Shown in pieces: positions 8,362-15,305 of a stretch of 32,000 nt of DNA. The notes beneath the pieces were generated by a model. That model searched no databases and was not told the origin of the DNA. It saw only the letters and a list, made by a program, of their open reading frames with translations. The stretch is taken from NCBI GenBank assembly GCA_937906345.1, contig CALCXY010000052.1, positions 1 through 32,000 on the forward strand, written 5' to 3'. A program made the position numbers and the translations under genes. Numbering within the stretch: the stretch's first letter is position 1; every line of letters starts with the position of its first letter. This DNA is from Candidatus Woesearchaeota archaeon. Its GTDB lineage: Archaea > Nanobdellota > Nanobdellia > Woesearchaeales > CALCXY01.

Positions 8362-8429
8362 CCTTCAAAATTAAGAAGGAAGAATCTTCTGCAGCAGGAA
8401 TAAGAAGGATTAAAGCTGTTGTTGAGTAA
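8362..8429 (+). repeat. copy 1 of a duplicated coding tail (…[20 protein letters not shown]-stop)
   Basis: Positions 8382-8429 align with 9625-9672 at 41 of 48 nt, including an identical 18-mer agaaggattaaagctgtt (8403-8420 = 9646-9663). Both copies end in TAA in the same frame. Confidence 0.85.
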
Positions 8430-8498
8430 TCATATCTAAGCTTGGCATGAATTATTATTTCAATATCAAAACGAAATATTAAGAATTTTTTAGAAAGC

Positions 8499-8506
8499 TT
8501 TATAAA
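8499..8506 (+). promoter_or_regulatory. TATA box (TTTATAAA) 23 nt upstream of the nucleotidyltransferase ATG
   Basis: agctttataaagaat at 8496-8510; ATG at 8530. Confidence 0.5.
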
Positions 8507-8529
8507 GAATAGGTAATTATTTTTACCAA

Positions 8530-9120
8530 ATGATAAGAAAAATTACCAAGTTTAATATCATATCCTTGTATACATCTAATTATGATAAGAGGCTATACTT
8601 AAGAGAGATAGCTAAATTCCTGAAAAAGCCTCACCAATCTATTAAGCCATATATCCAACAGCTAGTCAATGAAAATATTCTAATACAGGAAAAAAGAAAT
8701 AACGTAACTGACTTTTACCTTAATGTAAAAAATCATGCGGTATTCGAATATCTTAGCATGGCTGAAAAAACACAATTAATCCAAAAAATAAATCAAGAAA
8801 TAATTCTCAAAATACTCTATGAGAAACTTGCCAAAACATTCACTCTAAATACTTATATAATCTTTGGCTCAGCAGCACAATACGTAAAGAAGACATCGGA
8901 TATCGACTTGCTCATAATAGGAAAGAAAAAAATAAATGACATTCTCAATCAGTTTGAAAAAGTCTACAACAAGTCGATCCATACAATTCAAGTATTAAAT
9001 CTAGAAAACGTTTCAACAAGGCTAATCAAAGAGGTGTATAAGAAGCATATTATAATGAATAATTCAGATCAGGTAATAACATTTTTGAGGAAAATTCATG
9101 AAAAAAATAGAATGGTGTAA
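8530..9120 (+). CDS. minimal nucleotidyltransferase (MNT-type antitoxin-like) with N-terminal wHTH
   Basis: IIFGSAAQYVKKTSDIDLLIIG matches the GS-x9-DxD NTase motif. The N-terminal LREIAKFLKKPHQSIKPYIQQLVNENIL looks like a wHTH. It overlaps the downstream HEPN-like ORF by 23 nt. Confidence 0.8.
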   Translation: MIRKITKFNIISLYTSNYDKRLYLREIAKFLKKPHQSIKPYIQQLVNENILIQEKRNNVTDFYLNVKNHAVFEYLSMAEKTQLIQKINQEIILKILYEKLAKTFTLNTYIIFGSAAQYVKKTSDIDLLIIGKKKINDILNQFEKVYNKSIHTIQVLNLENVSTRLIKEVYKKHIIMNNSDQVITFLRKIHEKNRMV

Positions 9121-9586
9121 AACAAAATCTAGGGGTATCAAGAAAATTGATCCTAATGATAATCTCTCAGAGGAATACTTAGAAAATGCAGAGGAAAGCC
9201 TAGAAGTTTTAAGAAGTATTCATAAAACTAAGTCCAAGATGTGGCTTGCAACAACTAAATACTATATCAAGTACTTTGCAGTCTACTCAATCTTTATGAA
9301 AATTGGAATTAAGTGCGAAATACATGATTGTACTATTGCACTCATTGAAAATCTTGAAAACGGAAATATTTTTGAAGTTGGCACTGCAAAGACGTTGGAG
9401 AAAGATAAACAATTAAGGATTGATAATCAGTATTATCTCAAAAACAAGGAAGTTAATATTAACTTTGATGAGCTTGCAGGTTTTATGCTTTTCATTCGAG
9501 AAGCACTGGAAAATTTGGATGAAGATAGAATTGAGGAAATTAGAGAAACTATTTTTCCTTCTAAAAAAGATACAGAAAAACAGTAG
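9098..9586 (+). CDS. HEPN-domain-like protein (partner of the nucleotidyltransferase)
   Basis: All-helical 162 aa. EEYLENAEESLEVLRSI...YYIKYFAVYSIFMKIGIKCEIHDCT resembles HEPN helices, and the genomic pairing with an MNT supports the call. A canonical Rx4-6H motif is not evident (LRIDNQYY instead). Confidence 0.6.
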   Translation: MKKIEWCKTKSRGIKKIDPNDNLSEEYLENAEESLEVLRSIHKTKSKMWLATTKYYIKYFAVYSIFMKIGIKCEIHDCTIALIENLENGNIFEVGTAKTLEKDKQLRIDNQYYLKNKEVNINFDELAGFMLFIREALENLDEDRIEEIRETIFPSKKDTEKQ

Positions 9587-9612
9587 TAATCAAAAAGGTC
9601 TAAAATTAATAT

Positions 9613-9672
9613 CCTAAAATTAAGGAATCCTCTGCTGCAGGTATTAGAAGGATTAAAGCTGTTCTAGATTAA
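9613..9672 (+). repeat. copy 2 of the duplicated coding tail (…[19 protein letters not shown]-stop); no start codon, in-frame stop at 9607-9609
   Basis: See copy 1. Differences from copy 1 are tct/tcc, gca/gct, gga/ggt and ata/att (all synonymous), plus gtt/cta (V/L) and gag/gat (E/D). Confidence 0.85.
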
Positions 9673-9712
9673 AATAATAACGTTTATTAAACCCACTCTT
9701 CTAAGCATACGT

Positions 9713-10372
9713 ATGCCACTCTACATAATCTCAACACCAATAGGAAATCTTAAAGATATCACCTTCAGAGCAATAGAAACTCTAAGCGAAGTAGACTTAA
9801 TCCTAGCAGAAGACACGAGAAGAACACAAACCCTCCTCACTCACTACGATATTGTAAAACCCTTAGAATCCTTTAATGATCATAACAAAGAACATTCTAC
9901 CCCAACTATCATAAATAAATTAAAAAAACAAAAATCCATTGCTTTAGTATCAGATTCAGGAACACCTTGTATCTCTGATCCAGGATTCTACTTAGTACGA
10001 GAAGCAACTAAAAACAAAATTCAAATCTCTCCAATTCCAGGACCAAACGCAGCTTTAGCAGCATTAACCATCTCAGGTTTACCAACAGACAAATTCACAT
10101 TTCATGGATTTCCTCCAAAAAAAATAAAAGCAAAGGAATTATTCTTTATTAACATAAAACACTCCAAAACCACTTCAATAATTTACGAATCACCTCATAG
10201 AATTCAAAAAACCTTAGCTCTTATGGCCAAAGTAATGCCTAAATCCAATATAGTAATAGCAAGAGAACTCACTAAAAAATTCGAAGAAACCTATAGAGGC
10301 ACTGCAAAAGAACTCGCAGAAACCCTTGCAAAAAAGTCCCTAAAAGGAGAAATAACTATTGTAATACATTAG
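9713..10372 (+). CDS. rsmI: 16S rRNA (cytidine1402-2'-O)-methyltransferase RsmI family (tetrapyrrole-methylase fold)
   Basis: MPLYIISTPIGNLKDITFRAIETLSEVDLILAEDTRRT..., VSDSGTPCISDPG and IYESPHR are characteristic RsmI blocks. Confidence 0.85.
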   Translation: MPLYIISTPIGNLKDITFRAIETLSEVDLILAEDTRRTQTLLTHYDIVKPLESFNDHNKEHSTPTIINKLKKQKSIALVSDSGTPCISDPGFYLVREATKNKIQISPIPGPNAALAALTISGLPTDKFTFHGFPPKKIKAKELFFINIKHSKTTSIIYESPHRIQKTLALMAKVMPKSNIVIARELTKKFEETYRGTAKELAETLAKKSLKGEITIVIH

Positions 10373-10410
10373 GAGCTTATTGACTAAGCATATAGGCTCA
10401 ACTTTTTCAT

Positions 10411-10426
10411 GGGCGGGGGGAGGGGG
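10411..10426 (+). other. G-run (gggcggggggaggggg, 14 of 16 nt G) in the rsmI 3' region, followed by a T6 run at 10449-10454
   Basis: Read directly. It is a strong compositional outlier against an AT-rich background. Confidence 0.9.
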
Positions 10427-10630
10427 TTAATACGTCAAGCTTAAAGCGTTTTTTGGCTGGCGGGAATGAAGTCACTTAAAAATTCTCTAATTAATTAAAT
10501 ATAGCAGATTAGAACTCTATAACCTAATTTCTCAAGTTTTAACCCAAATCTTTATAAATCCAAAACCCAATTTGTACTCAAAAGGAGGTGGTTACAGTAA
10601 TCTAACCTATCTTCTTTGTAAAATTAAACA

Positions 10631-11680
10631 ATGAAACCTCGGTATGAAGTATTGAGAGATATGAAAAAGAGAAAGAAGCGTTTCATTAATATACTGCCAA
10701 GTATAAGATCAATATTTACAGGAAAATCCTTATTTATTGTAATGTTTATTCTTTTATTTATTGTTTCTATTTTTTTCTATACTCAATTTGAATTTTTATC
10801 ACAAGGACCATACCAATCTCAAGCAGGTGAATCTGCTTACTTTCAAGCGTTTTATTGGCTTGTAACTACTGCAACAACTGTGGGTTATGGTGATATCACT
10901 CCTACAACAATGGAAGGAAAAATATTAGCCTTAGTTGTTATGGTTTTAGGTGTTTCCTTATTAGGTTTTTTAATCACTCAATTAACAAAATCAATTGTAG
11001 AATCAAATATTGGAAAATTATTTGGATTAAACCGAATAAGATCCTCTATTGAATATATTATTTGTGGATGGAACGATTTAAGTAAAGCTGCCTTTGAAGA
11101 AGTAAACAATTTTAAAAATTCAATAATTATTATTTCAAAAACCCGTCCTGAGATTGATTTTTCAAAAAATGTTCAATTTATGAATGGAGATCCTCAAGAT
11201 AAAACCATTTTAGAAAATGCTAATATCAAAAAGGCAAAAAATGTGCTATTATGTATGGACTCTGATTCTGAGATCTTATTAGCAATTCATATTATTAGAG
11301 AATTAAATCCTTGGATTAACATAACTGCAAAGATGAATGATCCAGAATATATTCCCATGGCTGAATCTGCTGGTGCTGACCAAGTTGTTGCACCTTCAGC
11401 AATATCTGGAAGACTTTTATCAATAGTCCCTGAGCAGCCTTATGTTGTAAAGTGGTTTCTAGGTGCTACCTCTACTACCTTAAATGAAAAATTTATTGAA
11501 TACATTGTAGGTCCAAAATCTGTTTTTGCTGGAAAAACATTAGATCTCATCAGACAATCTTCAAATATAAAAATTATTGGAGTAGAATCAACTGAAGGAT
11601 TTGAAAAACTTCCTAAAGATGATTATGAAATTAAAATAGGAGATAAATTAATTGTATTATTTGATACCTTGCCAAAATGA
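10631..11680 (+). CDS. MthK-like K+ channel: 2-TM pore with C-terminal RCK (TrkA-N/TrkA-C) domain
   Basis: Selectivity filter TTTVGYGD lies between two hydrophobic helices. The RCK region contains YIICGWNDLSKAAFEEV and ...GADQVVAPSAISGRLL. Confidence 0.9.
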   Translation: MKPRYEVLRDMKKRKKRFINILPSIRSIFTGKSLFIVMFILLFIVSIFFYTQFEFLSQGPYQSQAGESAYFQAFYWLVTTATTVGYGDITPTTMEGKILALVVMVLGVSLLGFLITQLTKSIVESNIGKLFGLNRIRSSIEYIICGWNDLSKAAFEEVNNFKNSIIIISKTRPEIDFSKNVQFMNGDPQDKTILENANIKKAKNVLLCMDSDSEILLAIHIIRELNPWINITAKMNDPEYIPMAESAGADQVVAPSAISGRLLSIVPEQPYVVKWFLGATSTTLNEKFIEYIVGPKSVFAGKTLDLIRQSSNIKIIGVESTEGFEKLPKDDYEIKIGDKLIVLFDTLPK

Positions 11681-13659
11681 TAAACAACAATACAATCATA
11701 CTATTATCGTTTGCAGCTGCTTTTCTAAAGATAGCTCTAGCAGGGTATGTATATCATAAAAATCACAAAGCAAAAATTAATCTTATTTTTGCCTTAATTT
11801 TTTTCTCCCAAGGAATTTGGGATCTTGGAAAAGCGTTAATGTGGCTAGCATCTACAAAAAATACTGCTTTATTATTTGGTAAAATATCGTATGCTGCATA
11901 TATTTTATCTGTTTTCTTATTTGCACATTTTTGTTGGGTATATTTAAAGAGGAAAAACTTTTTTTCCAAATCCAAACTAGGGTTATTGGTATGGTATACT
12001 CCAATGATATTCCTAATCATATCTTTATTTACAACACCACTAGTTATATCTGACCTTTCTTTCCCAGGAGAAATTGATTTAGGATTTAACTTAGAACTTT
12101 GGATGTATCAATACGGTCCTTTCTATAATAATTTCTTCCTAGTATTCCAAATGCTTCCTTTCTTATATGGATTTATTATTTTTATTGCAAAATATATTAG
12201 ATCTACTGATGCAGATTTTAGAAAGCGTTTATTATATTTAATTGTTGGATCAGGAATTCCTATTTTAATCGGAATCCCTACTGGAGTTGTTTTACCAGCA
12301 ATTGGGATAAGATTACCTCCTCATAATAATATTCTAACCTTAATCATGGCTATTCTTATAGGTATTGGAATAATAAAATATAAACTTCTTTCAATTAAAC
12401 CTACTTTAGAAACCGTTAATAAGAAAATTAAATTTTCAGAAGATATCAAAAAATCCAATCTCAATTATGGCTCTTCGTATTTAATAGAAAATCCTGAATC
12501 ACATGAAACTGCTTTCCAATTTTTCCTCTTTAATTTATTTAAAGGGAATTATGGATTTATATTAACATCTCAAAACCCAGAACATCTAAAAGAAAAATAC
12601 AAATTAGTAAATACTCCAATTTCTTGGATAACAGACCATGAAACAGATGAGAGTTCCTTTGGTCCAAATGATCTGGAACAAATTTATTCTACTGTTGAAA
12701 ATTTTGTTTTAACAGTAAAGAATTCTTTTATTTTAGTTGATTGTCTTGATATTTTAAAGGATCATAATAATTTTCATAAAATCCAGTATTTTTTAAGAAG
12801 ATTAAATGGGTTAGCTAAAGAAACAGGAGCCTGTATAATTGTTCCTAGAGGAGATTTAAAATTATCTAAGAAAGAAAAAATTGTGTTTAAGTCTGAGTTT
12901 ACCTACATAACAGGTAAAGGAAAAATGGCTTCACTAACAGGATCTATAATTGATTTATATGAAAAAAGTCCTGGAAAAGAAAAATATATAATTTTAGGCT
13001 ATACAAATGTTTCAAAATCTTTGATTAATGAATATTTGCATAGAAAAATTCCTTGTACTGTTGTTTCCACTAAACACATTATGAGAAAATATCATTCTTC
13101 AATTACTTTTATTAATAAAAACCCTTTAATTAAAAGTAATATCATGCAGTTAAAAATTGATAATCCTAATACCAATGTGATTATTACATTTGATTCAGAT
13201 GCAGATACAATTTTAGGGATTAATATGGTGAGGCATATAACAGAGAAAGCAAAAGTATTAGTGAAAGTAAATACAGATAAATTTATCGACATTGCAAAAA
13301 AAGCAGGAGCAAATGAAGTCATAGCATCCTCTGCCTTAGGAGGAAAATTATTATCATTATCATTAACATATCCAAATATTGTTGAATGGTTCATGGATAC
13401 CATCACTTCAAGAAACAAATCATTGGATTTAACTGAGATATTAATTAATGAAAAATCTCCTCTTAAAGGTAAAACTATTATTGAAATAGATAAAATTTTT
13501 GGAGACGTAGCTAACGTTTTAAGTGTAAGTAAAAAAAGCACCTTTGATCTTACAACAAATGATCATTATAAAGTAAGAGAAACTGATAAACTTATAGTGC
13601 TCGTACATAGAGATAGATTAAAACAAAATCCTAAATTAAATTCTCTGTTTAATTCATGA
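11677..13659 (+). CDS. membrane sensor-like protein: N-terminal multi-TM (7TM) domain + DUF835-like domain + C-terminal RCK (TrkA) domain
   Basis: The first ~240 aa hold about 7 hydrophobic helices. GSSYLIENPES...GFILTSQNPEHLKEKY...ISWIT...FILVDCLDIL matches the DUF835 pattern as I recall it. The C-terminus GANEVIASSALGGKLLSLSLTYPNIVEWF is paralogous to the channel RCK. A 4-nt ATGA overlap links it to the channel gene. Confidence 0.75.
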   Translation: MINNNTIILLSFAAAFLKIALAGYVYHKNHKAKINLIFALIFFSQGIWDLGKALMWLASTKNTALLFGKISYAAYILSVFLFAHFCWVYLKRKNFFSKSKLGLLVWYTPMIFLIISLFTTPLVISDLSFPGEIDLGFNLELWMYQYGPFYNNFFLVFQMLPFLYGFIIFIAKYIRSTDADFRKRLLYLIVGSGIPILIGIPTGVVLPAIGIRLPPHNNILTLIMAILIGIGIIKYKLLSIKPTLETVNKKIKFSEDIKKSNLNYGSSYLIENPESHETAFQFFLFNLFKGNYGFILTSQNPEHLKEKYKLVNTPISWITDHETDESSFGPNDLEQIYSTVENFVLTVKNSFILVDCLDILKDHNNFHKIQYFLRRLNGLAKETGACIIVPRGDLKLSKKEKIVFKSEFTYITGKGKMASLTGSIIDLYEKSPGKEKYIILGYTNVSKSLINEYLHRKIPCTVVSTKHIMRKYHSSITFINKNPLIKSNIMQLKIDNPNTNVIITFDSDADTILGINMVRHITEKAKVLVKVNTDKFIDIAKKAGANEVIASSALGGKLLSLSLTYPNIVEWFMDTITSRNKSLDLTEILINEKSPLKGKTIIEIDKIFGDVANVLSVSKKSTFDLTTNDHYKVRETDKLIVLVHRDRLKQNPKLNSLFNS

Positions 13660-13665
13660 AAAAAG

Positions 13666-13721
13666 AAACTCCCTGCCTAGGTTTCGTGGGGGTGGTTAGA
13701 ATTTAGGAAGACAGGGAGTTT
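13666..13721 (+). terminator. extended hairpin between convergent genes (possible terminator or small structured RNA)
   Basis: The 10-bp stem aaactccctg (13666-13675) pairs with cagggagttt (13712-13721). An inner 8-bp helix, cctaggtt (13676-13683) with aatttagg (13700-13707), needs two G-U pairs and therefore forms only in the plus-strand RNA. The element is a GC-rich patch in an AT-rich spacer. Confidence 0.35.
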
Positions 13722-13726
13722 GAGCG

Positions 13727-14131
13727 TTATTGTTTTTTAAGTTTTAATGGCGCTTTCCTCATTTCCGTTAACCACATAATTCCAATGCGAATCATTTCAT
13801 TATTGAATCTTTCACTTATCTTGTATGTTTTCTTATACAAATCATAATCTACACAGCCCATACTTTTTAATGGAGTTAATATTCTGTCATAAAACTGCCT
13901 TTTGTTATAGCTGAGCTTTACTCGCTTCCCTTTGATTTCTTCAATCTCTGTTTCAAAGTTTCCTTCATGCAGCTTTGTAGCAAAAAAACTCATTTCTGTT
14001 TTAGTGACTTCTCCTCCATTGTCTTTGATGTATGTGATAAGAGCTTCTCCTACTATTTTCTGTTGCTTTGTTGCAAAAAGTACTTCGAATATATTATCCG
14101 GTAAATTAAACCGGTCAAATAACATGACCAT
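13727..14131 (-). CDS. hypothetical protein (134 aa), possibly wHTH-like
   Basis: The ORF fills the interval between flanking genes. No diagnostic motif. Confidence 0.5.
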   Translation of the reverse strand: MVMLFDRFNLPDNIFEVLFATKQQKIVGEALITYIKDNGGEVTKTEMSFFATKLHEGNFETEIEEIKGKRVKLSYNKRQFYDRILTPLKSMGCVDYDLYKKTYKISERFNNEMIRIGIMWLTEMRKAPLKLKKQ

Positions 14132-14209
14132 AGAAATACCATAAGATTAACTAGTATATAAATATTACGTTTTTTTACACTAGTATACGTTTCTCTATAT
14201 TAGCTATAT

Positions 14210-14746
14210 TTAGAGTTTTTCCTTATTTATTCGTAAATAATACCCTGCAAGGTTAGCAATAAAATGCAATGCCCCATAAAAAATAAAAACCCAAAGCCCT
14301 ACAATAAGAGAAATCTCCACTAGAAAACTGACAAAAATCATAGAACCAATAATCCAATCTATTTGATCAAAAGGAATCCAGGGCTTTCCAGGCGCTATCT
14401 CTAATTGTCTCTTAAAAAAACTCTTAACAGCATCTCCTAATAAACTCCCTAATCCAAGAGCTAATCCTAATAAAACAACATTAACACTAGAATAATCTAT
14501 TAAACTATAATTTATCCATGATAAATAAAATACTTTTTGTAAATACACCATTAAAATCGCAATTATAGTTCCAATTACAATTCCTTTGAAAGTCTTATGA
14601 TCTCCAAAAATTCTCTTCCCTCTAAAACTCTTCCCAAAATCAAGAGGAATATCCAAAAACTTCAATTTAACAAATAAAGGAAGAACCATATTAGCTAAAG
14701 CAGCAGGCAAGAACAACCAAAGTCCTTGTATAATCTCAATTATCAT
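14210..14746 (-). CDS. carS: CDP-archaeol synthase (CarS, DUF46 family)
   Basis: Polytopic membrane protein. LPAALANMVLP...PLDFGKSFRGKRIFGDHKTFKG matches the CarS signature region as I recall it. Confidence 0.75.
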   Translation of the reverse strand: MIIEIIQGLWLFLPAALANMVLPLFVKLKFLDIPLDFGKSFRGKRIFGDHKTFKGIVIGTIIAILMVYLQKVFYLSWINYSLIDYSSVNVVLLGLALGLGSLLGDAVKSFFKRQLEIAPGKPWIPFDQIDWIIGSMIFVSFLVEISLIVGLWVFIFYGALHFIANLAGYYLRINKEKL

Positions 14747-15291
14747 GGGAACCTCTTATGATATTGATAAATAGTTAACACACTAAAAATAACTAACAGC
14801 ACCATTAAATACAATCCTACTCTAATTTGTTCAAATACAAATAAAAGTAATATAATATATTGGAAAACTGTAGATATTTTCCCCATCACATGAGATGTGC
14901 TTGCAACATTAACATCTTTAGTTTTAAAAACATATAACCATGTAACCGCAACTAAAACATAAATATCTCTTATCAAAAATAAAAACAAATACCCTATATG
15001 AATTTCCCTAGTATAAAATAATAATATTGCTAACACAAAAATTAATACTTTATCTGATATCCCATCAATGAACCCGCCTAAATCAGACGCTACATTAAAT
15101 TTTCTTGCTAAGTACCCATCTAATAAATCAGTTATTCCTGCTATAACTAATATTACACTTAAAAACCAGATATTCTGATAAAAAAAGAGAACAAGCACTG
15201 CTATCACTATCCGTATTAAAGAAATTCCCATAACAACTCTTTTCATAAAACAAATTATATTATCATATTTAATAAAACTTGTCATTACCAA
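14743..15291 (-). CDS. CDP-alcohol phosphatidyltransferase (archaetidyl-serine/-glycerol/-inositol-phosphate synthase type)
   Basis: DLLDGYLARKFNVASDLGGFIDGISDKV matches DG-x2-AR-x8-G-x3-D-x3-D. A 4-nt overlap links it to carS. The true start is probably an internal Met (MKRVV, ~15246). Confidence 0.85.
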   Translation of the reverse strand: MVMTSFIKYDNIICFMKRVVMGISLIRIVIAVLVLFFYQNIWFLSVILVIAGITDLLDGYLARKFNVASDLGGFIDGISDKVLIFVLAILLFYTREIHIGYLFLFLIRDIYVLVAVTWLYVFKTKDVNVASTSHVMGKISTVFQYIILLLFVFEQIRVGLYLMVLLVIFSVLTIYQYHKRFP

Positions 15292-15305
15292 CTATAACAT
15301 ATAAA

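Noticed and set aside
8199-8429. 76-aa plus-strand ORF as a genuine gene
   Set aside because: Its first 28 codons are antisense to the start of gene 7361..8284. Only the last ~16-20 codons are conserved in the second copy at 9613-9672. I therefore treat it as a coding-tail remnant (see finding), not an intact gene. A short GTG-initiated peptide ([15 protein letters not shown]...) cannot be excluded.
9700-10392. 9-nt repeat ctaagcata on both sides of rsmI (9700-9708 and 10384-10392) as possible target-site duplication
   Set aside because: Matches of 9 nt are expected many times by chance in 32 kb of AT-rich DNA. There is no extended similarity and no compositional difference of rsmI from its surroundings.
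13092-13541. 149-aa minus-strand ORF inside the 7TM-DUF835-RCK gene, and similar antisense or alternate-frame ORFs at 11763..12020, 15647..15862, 18390..18578, 20832..21068, 23404..23706, 28379..28681 and 29114..29548
   Set aside because: All are fully contained in longer ORFs with clear family signatures. AT-rich genomes give long spurious reverse-frame ORFs.
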